A stretch of DNA of 37,170 nucleotides, from positions 1-37,170 of the IMG/VR virus record IMGVR_UViG_3300043443_000429. The stretch is one strand, 5' to 3'. The notes beneath the pieces were generated by a model. That model saw only the letters and a program-made list of their open reading frames with translations, was not told the DNA's origin and ran no database searches. Of the stretch, positions 1 to 9,370 are shown piece by piece. The number at the start of each line of letters is the position of its first letter. Position 1 is the stretch's first letter. Both the position numbers and the translations under genes were made by a program. This stretch comes from a virus. Lineage: Duplodnaviria > Caudoviricetes.

Positions 1-3000
1 TTCACTCATTCCTCCAATGGTTGCCATTACTACACCTCTCTTAGCATCCACCCAAACAGCACCTAACTCTGTAAGAATATAAGCATTGTGTTGTGATCCA
101 GCATAACCTAGTTGAGCATTAGATAACTCTTGACCTGGTGAAGAGAATAATGCATTATTACCAGTGTAGATTGTTTTCTGATCTAATCCAACTTGTAGAG
201 TATTATAAGCATTAAAGATAGAACTACCATTTTCAAACTGTACAAAAATCTTATCTCCAGTGAATTGGTGAACTCCTTTTAATCTTCCAAGTTTTAAATT
301 AAAATCATTCTTATCATTAACTCTAAATAGTAACCAGTTATCTAGTTTTTCATTTGAGTTACTTTGTTGAGAGTACACCACTCTGTTAGTAAGATTCTCA
401 TAACAAGTATCATTAGGATTGTACTCCAACACTTGTGGGTAGAATGGATTATCAACATTCTGATTACTCATATCTCTGTTATAATTAAACTCTTCCAATT
501 GATTTAAATTTGGAATAGACAACCAATCATCAGGGATATCTTGAGAGGATCCTCCCACGTGAGGATAGAAGTCTTCATAGAATTCATTACCTCTAAATCT
601 TACTTCAGTGTTGATTACACTTTCTACAAAGAATTGTGGAACACCCATAGAGTATAGATACATATATCCATTCTCTCCTAATTTATCATTCCCTTTAGAA
701 TTCTTTTGACCATTTTGATATTCAAAATATTCAGAGGGTATACCAATAACTTTATCAATTACATTCCTTAACCAAGTGTAGGCTCTCTTCATAGGTTTTT
801 TACTAACCTTAGATGTGCTAGGATCAGAGGAATCTTGATCTAATCCTTGTTGAGAATCTCCTGATTGATAACTGTTAGTAGTATCATTGATATCATTTAC
901 ATCATCATCATACAATTTTTTAATTGTATCATAGAAGTATGTAGGATTACCAACATTACCCACCTCAGAGTAATTAATATCAGCATCATTAGAGAATCCT
1001 TTTCTATCATCTATAAAATAAGGATGGTGTCTTTTAAATGCAAACTTAGTAATGAAGATATCACCACCAAAAATAGTAGTTATATCCTCATAGGTGGTAA
1101 CATAGTTAGATTCTGTTTCAATATCAGAGATATTGAAAATAATTTTAGAATCAAATGTATAACGCTTGTTAGTGTACACATAGTTAATAGTATGAACTTT
1201 ACCATATTGATCTGGTAACTCTCTAACTAAAGATCCATAGTACGATAAAATATTTCTATCAACAATAGTAGTTGGATTCTTCAATCCTAAATCATAACTA
1301 TCATCTAACCACTTTTCATCATCCTCTCCTCTATTTGATGGAATATCTAAATATCTACCTTTCCATCTATATCTACTATTATCAAAATTTTCAAACTCAC
1401 CTGTAGTAGTATTATATCCAGGAGAAAAGAAAAAGTTTGATAACTTAACAAATACTGTCTTCTCTCTATTATAATTATTGAATAAATGTTCATCTCCAAT
1501 ATTCTGAATCTTAGAATCCAAATATGTAGAAATGTCAATTCTTCTTCTTGTATGACCAGGAGTAGTCATTCTTTTTACGAAAGCATAATTACCAACAGAA
1601 TTAAATTGGTATGCAAAATTAGAATAAGGGATTAAATCTTTTAAAATACCAATGATTTTTTCAGAGGCAGTAAATGTACTAAATACAAATTTAGCAGCTT
1701 CGAACTTAACAGCAGTACCAATTTGTAATGAGTCTAGTAATGATAATGCAGCACCGAATACATAACTCCATACATAACCTCTATTTCTTAATCTTCTATA
1801 CATTGAGTGGGTAGGCACAGGCATATAGTGTCCTTTTGCAATACCACGTAATTCTAATTCCATTCTAACATAGGAGGCTAGAATTTGTGGATTATAGAAC
1901 ATCGTCTCTGGAGAGAAGAATGTATATCTATTATTTTTTACACCAGTAGCATTACGTACAAAAGCAGTTGATGGTGCATCTGTACCAGCAAAATTAAATG
2001 TTGGAGGATTTATTGCTCCGAACGTATATGGATGACTTTGTTTGAAATAGTCCGAGTAATATCTCTGTAGCTTTTGCGCAAAAGAGTTGCCAGGTAAAAA
2101 ATAATGGTTATCAGTAGATAGAATAAATGGATCAGGACGAAGATCATTATACGGGTAGTTTTGGTAATAAAATTTTTCATAGAAACCAGGACCTAGCTTT
2201 TTTTCATGCAACCATACATCGTAGAATAAACCTTTTGCAACAATTGTTGCATCATTAACTCTATTACCTCTTACAATTTTATAACCTACAATTTTTAAAA
2301 CATCTTCTTTACTAATCACCTTTTGATCAAGCATTTGTTTGAATGCTGTAACAATACTTTTATGATCTAACTTTATACCAATAGGCATAATAAGAGATGT
2401 TTCAATACCATTAAATAGTACAGAATTTAAATCATTAAGAGATACAAAGTGTGGAACAGTTGATGTTGAAGGAAACTTATGGTGCCTAATAGGCAATCCT
2501 GCTAATTCTCCCCATACATCTTCATCACAAGGATATGTTTCAGTGGACTCCCAATATGCAAAATCTCCCTCGTAAGATTTAAGAAGATTACAATTTGCCC
2601 ATCTAATTAATTCTGACATATTTAATACAGGTCTGTTGGGATATGTAATATTCCAGGTTGTAGTCATACTCACCTTAAACTTAACAAAAGGATATTGAAC
2701 CTCTTGAACATATTCATCTCCATCAATAAGTAAAACAGACTTAGCTATTTTAGGATCTCCACTCTGACCTGAGTTTTTATAATATTGGATACTCTTAAAT
2801 ACTGTATCCTCTGAAAATTCATACTTAGTAGTTTGAACAATATTTGTACCTGGATCAGGTACTGTATTTTGAAAATATTTTAATCCTCTAGATGGTTCAA
2901 CAAAAGGATATAATCCTGTTGGACTATATTCATATAATGAATTTGAACCAACTAAAAATTCTTCTGTGCAGTAATCAAATGTTCCAACATTAACTACATC

Positions 3001-4980
3001 AAATGGACTAGTAGGAATAATATCGAATGTAATATCTTCAAAATTATTTACATAAACTGCAGCATTGATATAAACCTCACTATCACTAATTTTCCACATC
3101 CTTACACCAGAGTTTGAAAATCCACTAATAATCTCATCTGCTGTTTTACCAGTACCTAAAGTAATATAGAATCTTTGATTTGTAAATGGATTAATAATGT
3201 ATAAACGATCTGTATCAATATCAGAGTTATCAACATCTGTTTCAGGAGTATATGCAGTATAGTTAAAATCTGTTTCTCCTGTCTTTAAAACAATTTTACA
3301 TCTTGCAGCAAGTTGAACTGTTTCATATGTTCTTGTAGCAGTTTCAGTGTAGGTATATGGATCATCACTTAATAAAAATGTACCATTAGATAATTCTAAT
3401 AACTCTGCTGTTGGGGTGGCAGTAGATGTATCATATACTTTCCATCTTTCAATATAATCATCTTCTGTGGTACAGTAATCAATATTAAATACATCATCAT
3501 TTCCTGCAGAACTAATTAAATCTCTATCACCAGGTTTTTCTCCTCTACCAGGAATATGATAAATTGGTGAATCTGTTCCATCAGCAAATTCAAATACAAT
3601 ACCAAAGGGATATGTTTCTCCCCTCATGTATCCACGATAGTTAGCTGCAAATGATCCATCCTTATAAGATTTCTCAGCATTTACACCATGAGGTATTGCA
3701 AGACTCTCCCAAGATAATTTAATCTTATTAGCAACTCTCTGTAAGTTAGGAAGATTAGATCTAGTTAAAGATGAAAGAAATAAATAACCATTTACATCAG
3801 CAATATATTCTGCTGTATCATATACAGGTCTATCCTCATAAAACTCTTCTTTTGATGTAGTAGAAATAACTAATTCATTTCCTGTATAGGTGTAGTTAGA
3901 TCTTGATGTTTCATATGGTCCAAGTGTAAACCAGTTTTTTGAACCATTTATATTCTTAACAATACCAATAATATAATGTGAGAATCTTTGATCTAAATTA
4001 TCAAATCTTAAACGAATACTTTTATTAGTAAAATATTGGATATCAGATCCTTCAATACTATTAAACGGTCTTGATAAACTATCTTTAATAATAGCTACAG
4101 GGGCAGAGATATTATAATACTTAGTAAGTTTATTACCATTAGTATCAGAGTAAGCAATTGCAAATTGATATGATCCAACTTCAAGAGATCCTGTTTCATC
4201 AATTTGAGTGGGAGTAATGGATGGTTGTAGAACATTTTTAAATATTCTAATCTGATCAATATCCAATACATTGTAATATTTATCTGATGGGCATACCTCT
4301 TCTACAACTCTGATTGGTACTCTTTGTAGATTAGATACATACATTCTCCCTTCATCTACATTTTCTAGAATTAAATATCTAGGTGGATTATAACCATCTG
4401 TAAAATAAATCCTTTTATCACAAATTAAAAACTTACTTATAGACTCTCTAATAGGGTGATTAGGAGAGAAGTTTAATTGAACAGAACTAACAGCATACTC
4501 AAAAGGAATATTTGGTAATACTTGTACTGGAGGATAAATGGGGATCTCACCAGATAATAATTTATCTTTATCTGTATAAACTAATACATTGTATTCTACT
4601 TTACCTTCTTCTAATAATTGGATCAGTTGATCTCTCTCATCTGTTTTACAAGTATCACAGAAGTTTAATTTTGTAATGGAATCCTCTAACTCTGATAAAT
4701 CATATTGTAAATCAAAGTAACCAATTTCAGATTCATTAGTAGATGGATTAACTAAAAATACAATAACTCTATGATCTAAAATTCTACTATATCCAATAAA
4801 GTAGAAACCTGGTTTCCAAGTGGTAAGTTTAATAGTAGCTGGTTCATTAGTAGCAGTGAACTTGTGATCATCTGATTCAACCAGACCATTATACATAAAA
4901 GAGAAAACACCTTCTCCTTTTTGAGGAGTGGTGTTATCCAGATTCATACCTTTAATAGTAGACGAAGAATTAAGTTCCAT
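1..4980 (-). CDS. crAss-like muzzle / tail stabilisation protein (>1660 aa, 3' end beyond the left edge)
   Basis: ATG at 4978-4980 overlaps the TAA of the upstream ring gene (TAATG). Translates MELNSSSTIKGMNLDNTT..., with motifs YFTDGYNPPRY, YRGYMRGETYPFGIVF, FAYWESTETYP..WGELAGLPIRHHKFP, YTFFSPE and VWVDAKRG, still in frame at base 1. Missing from the ORF track, consistent with no in-frame stop. Its position after ring-IHF-ring matches crAss001 gp44. Confidence 0.88.
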   Translation of the reverse strand, partial: MELNSSSTIKGMNLDNTTPQKGEGVFSFMYNGLVESDDHKFTATNEPATIKLTTWKPGFYFIGYSRILDHRVIVFLVNPSTNESEIGYFDLQYDLSELEDSITKLNFCDTCKTDERDQLIQLLEEGKVEYNVLVYTDKDKLLSGEIPIYPPVQVLPNIPFEYAVSSVQLNFSPNHPIRESISKFLICDKRIYFTDGYNPPRYLILENVDEGRMYVSNLQRVPIRVVEEVCPSDKYYNVLDIDQIRIFKNVLQPSITPTQIDETGSLEVGSYQFAIAYSDTNGNKLTKYYNISAPVAIIKDSLSRPFNSIEGSDIQYFTNKSIRLRFDNLDQRFSHYIIGIVKNINGSKNWFTLGPYETSRSNYTYTGNELVISTTSKEEFYEDRPVYDTAEYIADVNGYLFLSSLTRSNLPNLQRVANKIKLSWESLAIPHGVNAEKSYKDGSFAANYRGYMRGETYPFGIVFEFADGTDSPIYHIPGRGEKPGDRDLISSAGNDDVFNIDYCTTEDDYIERWKVYDTSTATPTAELLELSNGTFLLSDDPYTYTETATRTYETVQLAARCKIVLKTGETDFNYTAYTPETDVDNSDIDTDRLYIINPFTNQRFYITLGTGKTADEIISGFSNSGVRMWKISDSEVYINAAVYVNNFEDITFDIIPTSPFDVVNVGTFDYCTEEFLVGSNSLYEYSPTGLYPFVEPSRGLKYFQNTVPDPGTNIVQTTKYEFSEDTVFKSIQYYKNSGQSGDPKIAKSVLLIDGDEYVQEVQYPFVKFKVSMTTTWNITYPNRPVLNMSELIRWANCNLLKSYEGDFAYWESTETYPCDEDVWGELAGLPIRHHKFPSTSTVPHFVSLNDLNSVLFNGIETSLIMPIGIKLDHKSIVTAFKQMLDQKVISKEDVLKIVGYKIVRGNRVNDATIVAKGLFYDVWLHEKKLGPGFYEKFYYQNYPYNDLRPDPFILSTDNHYFLPGNSFAQKLQRYYSDYFKQSHPYTFGAINPPTFNFAGTDAPSTAFVRNATGVKNNRYTFFSPETMFYNPQILASYVRMELELRGIAKGHYMPVPTHSMYRRLRNRGYVWSYVFGAALSLLDSLQIGTAVKFEAAKFVFSTFTASEKIIGILKDLIPYSNFAYQFNSVGNYAFVKRMTTPGHTRRRIDISTYLDSKIQNIGDEHLFNNYNREKTVFVKLSNFFFSPGYNTTTGEFENFDNSRYRWKGRYLDIPSNRGEDDEKWLDDSYDLGLKNPTTIVDRNILSYYGSLVRELPDQYGKVHTINYVYTNKRYTFDSKIIFNISDIETESNYVTTYEDITTIFGGDIFITKFAFKRHHPYFIDDRKGFSNDADINYSEVGNVGNPTYFYDTIKKLYDDDVNDINDTTNSYQSGDSQQGLDQDSSDPSTSKVSKKPMKRAYTWLRNVIDKVIGIPSEYFEYQNGQKNSKGNDKLGENGYMYLYSMGVPQFFVESVINTEVRFRGNEFYEDFYPHVGGSSQDIPDDWLSIPNLNQLEEFNYNRDMSNQNVDNPFYPQVLEYNPNDTCYENLTNRVVYSQQSNSNEKLDNWLLFRVNDKNDFNLKLGRLKGVHQFTGDKIFVQFENGSSIFNAYNTLQVGLDQKTIYTGNNALFSSPGQELSNAQLGYAGSQHNAYILTELGAVWVDAKRGVVMATIGGMSE

Positions 4981-5843
4981 TATGTAATATTGTAGTTTCT
5001 TCTAAATTTATTTCTTCTAATCATGATATGTTCTTTTTGTTGTTCAAAACTTGATGCTAAGAATTCAACTCTTGCTTGAATTAAAAACTCATTATATTTC
5101 TGCTCATAGTACTGCATCTTACTTTGTAATTGATTGTATGTTTCATCAGTGACAGTATTCCACAAGTATTCAAATACTTTATATCGAATATAATTTTGAA
5201 TAAGATCTTGCATAATTACATGATCAGGGATCAAAGGATAACCATCCTCATCAGTACGGTATGATTTATACCTAATTAGAAGTTCACCTTCTTTAAAATT
5301 AGCAGTAAGGATTCTACCATTAACATCGTAATAATACTGTGTATTGTAGAACATTTTAAATCTACTATCCTCACACATACTCTTTGCTTTCAAAGAGGCA
5401 GGTCTCAATCTAACAACCTGTGAGTAAGTAGCTAATACTTGATTTGTAGTTTTCTCTACAATTTTAATTTCTTTGTAAGTAATAGGATTCTCTGGAGTGG
5501 ACATTGTTCCTGGCTCACATTGCTCAGGAATACACTCAATAATTTGTTCATACTTATTACTCTTAGGATTTCCTTGTAATATATTTAATTCATTAGCATA
5601 CAAGACATCATTCAAGAACACAACTCCAGGTGGTAAAAAAGCTCTAAAATTATTTAATGGAATAATTTCTTCAACAGCTTCTAACATTACCAATCCGATT
5701 TTACGAATACAGTGATCAACATATGATGGAAATAATCCATCATCTACAGCTCCAGTTTCAAAGTAAGATTTAAGTTCTTCCTTAATCTCACTTATAATTG
5801 AATCTGGAGAGATCCAATTGTATTCATATTTAATCTTTCCCAT
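4980..5843 (-). CDS. Tail ring (tubular/adaptor) protein, crAss001 gp43-like
   Basis: 287 aa with motif NFKEGELLIRYKSYRTDEDGYPLIPD...YIRYK, typical of crAss ring protein 1; lies directly upstream of the muzzle gene. Confidence 0.75.
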   Translation of the reverse strand: MGKIKYEYNWISPDSIISEIKEELKSYFETGAVDDGLFPSYVDHCIRKIGLVMLEAVEEIIPLNNFRAFLPPGVVFLNDVLYANELNILQGNPKSNKYEQIIECIPEQCEPGTMSTPENPITYKEIKIVEKTTNQVLATYSQVVRLRPASLKAKSMCEDSRFKMFYNTQYYYDVNGRILTANFKEGELLIRYKSYRTDEDGYPLIPDHVIMQDLIQNYIRYKVFEYLWNTVTDETYNQLQSKMQYYEQKYNEFLIQARVEFLASSFEQQKEHIMIRRNKFRRNYNIT

Positions 5844-6537
5844 TGTCGTACATTAAATAAGTTTTTCCATGCAACCATCTTTTTTGAGGGAGTGCAATTA
5901 GTTTATTAAAATAATTAATTGTTATACTATAATGATCTATTAATTCTTGTCTATTAGTCCATGTTTTGATGGGCTTCTTAGTTTTAGCATCATACTCAAT
6001 AACTTGTGTGCTCTTATTATCAACTCTCTTTTTAATCTTATGTGTTGTTGGATTCTGATATTGTTTGTATTCTATTTCTCCAACCTTTAAAAGATTATTG
6101 ATAGCTCTAGTATTTTTTCTAACAGCTTTGAAAGACCACAAATCTTTAAACTTAAATTTAGCTTCACTCTTTGCCCAAAACCATTTAAAGATATAACCAT
6201 CTGTATGATGGTTCATATGGTAAATTCTCTTACCTAGTTCTTTACTCTTTTTCCAATCAATTGGCAAATTTAACTTACCATCCTTGGTTTTTAACTCTTG
6301 TTTGTATTTGTTGATAAACACATCTGAAATACCATATGGCAACTTTATTCTTTTACCTTCTAAGATTTTATCTGATAAAAACTCATTTGCAATGGTATTA
6401 ATCTTCTTGTATAATTTATAATCTTTACATTCAATTCCTTGTTCTTTACAATATTCTTTGTACAAATTATAATCTGCTTCACTACATGTATTGAATGTAG
6501 TTACATTGATCTCAGGATCTCTTTTTAATTTTGGCAT
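5830..6537 (-). CDS. IHF/HU-like DNA-binding protein of the crAss tail module, with a C-terminal NUMOD1-like extension
   Basis: IKLPYGISDVFINKYK...LPIDWKKSKELGKRIYHMNHHTDGYIFKWFW resembles the crAss IHF-like family found between two ring genes. The C-terminal VIEYD..TKKPIKTW is NUMOD1-like. Confidence 0.7.
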   Translation of the reverse strand: MPKLKRDPEINVTTFNTCSEADYNLYKEYCKEQGIECKDYKLYKKINTIANEFLSDKILEGKRIKLPYGISDVFINKYKQELKTKDGKLNLPIDWKKSKELGKRIYHMNHHTDGYIFKWFWAKSEAKFKFKDLWSFKAVRKNTRAINNLLKVGEIEYKQYQNPTTHKIKKRVDNKSTQVIEYDAKTKKPIKTWTNRQELIDHYSITINYFNKLIALPQKRWLHGKTYLMYDNGKD

Positions 6538-6542
6538 ATCTA

Positions 6543-7223
6543 TTATGGATTTGTTGCTAAATCATCTGTGTTATCCGTTGGATATCTATGATGAGTGTTG
6601 CCAAGTTCTTGGTTTACCATATTAATAATATCTGGTACCATATAACCTGGAAATTTAAAGGGTTGCTCTAATGGTTCAAAACAATCAGGACAACCTTCAC
6701 ACTCTCTAGTCACACACTGGTCTACTTCTGCTGGATTAATACAATAGTCTACGAACATTGCATTTAATCTTACCACCTCTAGTTGAGGTTCATTTACATA
6801 AAGATAACCATTTTGAATCCAATAAAACAAATTTCTTGGTTTAAATCTTCTTTGTAAAACATTAATATAATTCTTTGGGGTGGTTGATTGAACCTCTCTA
6901 CCTTGTTCAATATCAAATACCTGCATCATATAACCATAGTATCCTTGCTCCACTCTAGGTATTGGGTTTACACTACGAGAGATAAGAGTGTCAGATTTGT
7001 ATTCAATACATTCTGCTAATGGTACTTCTTTCATTGCTAAACAAAAGATATTGATTGGTAAATCTGAAGTGTTTGAAAATTTACGTTGGTTAAAATCTCT
7101 TCTGAATAATACCAATCCATACTTATTAGCAAGAGATAGTAAATACCTATCTGTTACCATATGATCATATTGCATAAACTCGTTGGATTCACGAATTTGT
7201 GATAGTATTTCACGATTAGTCAT
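6543..7223 (-). CDS. Tail ring protein, crAss001 gp40-like
   Basis: 226 aa with FYWIQNGYLYV and a C-terminal PLEQPFKFPGYMVPDII...PTDNTDD; synteny. Confidence 0.7.
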   Translation of the reverse strand: MTNREILSQIRESNEFMQYDHMVTDRYLLSLANKYGLVLFRRDFNQRKFSNTSDLPINIFCLAMKEVPLAECIEYKSDTLISRSVNPIPRVEQGYYGYMMQVFDIEQGREVQSTTPKNYINVLQRRFKPRNLFYWIQNGYLYVNEPQLEVVRLNAMFVDYCINPAEVDQCVTRECEGCPDCFEPLEQPFKFPGYMVPDIINMVNQELGNTHHRYPTDNTDDLATNP

Positions 7224-7227
7224 AATA

Positions 7228-7235
7228 CAAATATA
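7228..7235 (-). promoter_or_regulatory. Bacteroidota sigma-A -7 box TATATTTG, 4 nt before the ATG of the ring gene
   Basis: Exact TAnnTTTG, located just downstream of a terminator. Confidence 0.6.
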
Positions 7236-7264
7236 TTGAAATAGTTCCTATTGTTTGTAAATGC

Positions 7265-7297
7265 AAAAGGGGATAAGCTCCTAACCTATCCCCTTTT
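7265..7297 (-). terminator. Rho-independent terminator (possibly bidirectional)
   Basis: AAAAGGGGATA...TATCCCCTTTT inverted repeat just after the phosphoesterase stop codon. Confidence 0.8.
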
Positions 7298-7312
7298 ATA
7301 GCAATTTGTGTA

Positions 7313-8407
7313 TTATTTATTAATTTGGATAAATCCTTCAGGACCAGTAACTACATTGTAGATATAAGCCTGTGCTCTCTTAGGTGAATTATACCCCATC
7401 TTTTTATGCCAGTCATCTTGACCTACTAATGATGGCAACACTGCAACTTGTACTCCTTGATATTCATCTACCATATGTTTATGGAAGTGACCTAGGTGCC
7501 ATACTCTATAAGGACATTCAGCAAACATTACAGGTTGTTCAACAGCCATAATAAGTGGAAGCTCAGTAGCCTTCTCATTATTACCATGTGTGAAGCCAAT
7601 TAGGTTACGTCCATACTGATAATACTTTCTCCACTCACCAGGATTGTTCATTACCTCTACTCTTTCATTGTTATAGAATCTTGCTTCAACCACTTCACCT
7701 AATGCCACTGAAAGCATTGTATCATGATTACCTTGTACAACTACTACATCAACAGGAGCAATCTCTTGTAAGTAATCTACAGCAGCAATAACAGCTAGGC
7801 ATGCATGCTTAAACACTTCATGGTAATGACCATTAGTACTTACATTAGTACCACCTGTTGTAGTGTATGTAGCATTGTCATAGTTCAACATATCATTACC
7901 AATAGGTAGAAGGATTCTATCAATGTTATATCCTTTTAATCTACTGATAAGAGATCTCACTGTTTCAAAATAGATCTTACCCTGTTGGGCAATAGACATA
8001 TCAGCTTCTTTACCAAAGTGAAAATCAGGTAAAGAGATCTCAACAAGAGTAGCATCAGGGCTGTAGTAGTCAGAAGGGGTATAGGTAACCCTTTCACTTT
8101 GTAATTTAAGATCATTGAAAAATTCTTCTTTGAAATTTTCCAACCATTCAAGTGTATCATTTACACGATAAGATTCACACCATTCTTTACCATTATACCA
8201 AACACTCTTCAATCTCATACGTGAGGCATCATATGTTGGTTCAAAATCTCTATTACATTTTTGGGCATTCTTGTAAGCAATTCTTACTTGCTCATTTGTA
8301 TAATTAGTATTATACTTTGCATTAAGGAAAGTTGCACTCTGCACCCAGTTTCTATTGAATGCTTCAATTTGTTCCTTGTTCTCACGAACAACATCTACTA
8401 TTTTCAT
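7313..8407 (-). CDS. Calcineurin-like metallophosphoesterase
   Basis: Has the motifs PDFHFG (DxH), GND, GNHD, THG and GHFH in canonical order. Confidence 0.85.
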   Translation of the reverse strand: MKIVDVVRENKEQIEAFNRNWVQSATFLNAKYNTNYTNEQVRIAYKNAQKCNRDFEPTYDASRMRLKSVWYNGKEWCESYRVNDTLEWLENFKEEFFNDLKLQSERVTYTPSDYYSPDATLVEISLPDFHFGKEADMSIAQQGKIYFETVRSLISRLKGYNIDRILLPIGNDMLNYDNATYTTTGGTNVSTNGHYHEVFKHACLAVIAAVDYLQEIAPVDVVVVQGNHDTMLSVALGEVVEARFYNNERVEVMNNPGEWRKYYQYGRNLIGFTHGNNEKATELPLIMAVEQPVMFAECPYRVWHLGHFHKHMVDEYQGVQVAVLPSLVGQDDWHKKMGYNSPKRAQAYIYNVVTGPEGFIQINK

Positions 8408-8456
8408 AGATTAAAGTTTTACAATTATACGCATACTATCTTATATGCAAAACATT

Positions 8457-8490
8457 AAAATAAATATGGGGGCTATTAACCCCCACATTT
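8457..8490 (-). terminator. Rho-independent terminator
   Basis: Minus strand reads AAATGTGGGGG-TTAATAG-CCCCCATATTTATTTT, right after the 8499 stop. Confidence 0.7.
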
Positions 8491-8498
8491 AACATTTG

Positions 8499-9347
8499 TT
8501 AGGATTGAGAAGGTATCTCGGTAACAATCAGATTACCATTATGAATATGTAAATCAATCTCACTACCATTTTCTGTTTCAACTTCATTTGAAATTTCCAT
8601 CCAGATTGTAGAATCTGCAGGCAACACTGGTGTAATACCCTGAATAGAGATTTGTTTATAACTTGCTCCATTAACAGTAAATGGAACTATTGCAATAGTA
8701 CTAGTAGTACTAGTTGCAGAATCTTGACATTTAATTTTTAAATGAGAGATATATGAGGTAGAAATTTCACCATTATCACTAAAGATAATAGTTCCTTCAA
8801 CCTTCTGTCTATTTGCTCTAGTATTGGTTCCTGCAATATTTGCAGTAGAAATTTTACTTCCTACAGAACTAGAGTTTCCATCATGAACATGTCCAATACC
8901 AACATAATAATAAAAATCAGTATCGCTGCATAAAGATACTTCTTCTGCGGTGTTGGAAGAAACTTGAAAACTACTTAAACCCTCTACTTCAACATGTGCC
9001 ATGTTGTAAGTAATGGTAATATCTTTATTAAAGTCATTTGTATTGGTTGGAAACTTATATGCAAATGTCCAACTATTATTACTAGCACCTCTAGTAATAG
9101 TACTAGTAGATATAAGATATTGATCTGATGAACTACCTCCCCCTTCTAATGAACAAAGAATAGATAAAGTTTTTTCAATAAAATCATCTAGTCTAAAGTT
9201 CTTTACAAGACCAAGACAGTTAGAATAATTTCCTTTATAATATACACACTCAGTAGATATAATATCTACACAGGTTTCACAATATGTAGAAGCCACTGTG
9301 GGTGGTGTGCAATTTGAACAAGTTGATGTACAAGATGAACAAGCCAT
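8499..9347 (-). CDS. Virion tail/fibre protein with Cys-rich N-terminus
   Basis: 282 aa; N-terminus MACSSCTSTCSNC...CETC..ISTECVYYKG..C; S/T-rich beta-type C-terminus; tail operon context. Confidence 0.55.
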   Translation of the reverse strand: MACSSCTSTCSNCTPPTVASTYCETCVDIISTECVYYKGNYSNCLGLVKNFRLDDFIEKTLSILCSLEGGGSSSDQYLISTSTITRGASNNSWTFAYKFPTNTNDFNKDITITYNMAHVEVEGLSSFQVSSNTAEEVSLCSDTDFYYYVGIGHVHDGNSSSVGSKISTANIAGTNTRANRQKVEGTIIFSDNGEISTSYISHLKIKCQDSATSTTSTIAIVPFTVNGASYKQISIQGITPVLPADSTIWMEISNEVETENGSEIDLHIHNGNLIVTEIPSQS

Positions 9348-9370
9348 TGTTTTATTTTTTAAATTTTATT

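Noticed and set aside
865-1538. Track ORFs 865-1218 (+) and 1347-1538 (-), and the apparent gene desert at 1-4979
   Set aside because: These are shadow frames of the long muzzle ORF, which is unlisted only because its stop lies outside the window. They are not evidence of recoding or non-coding DNA.
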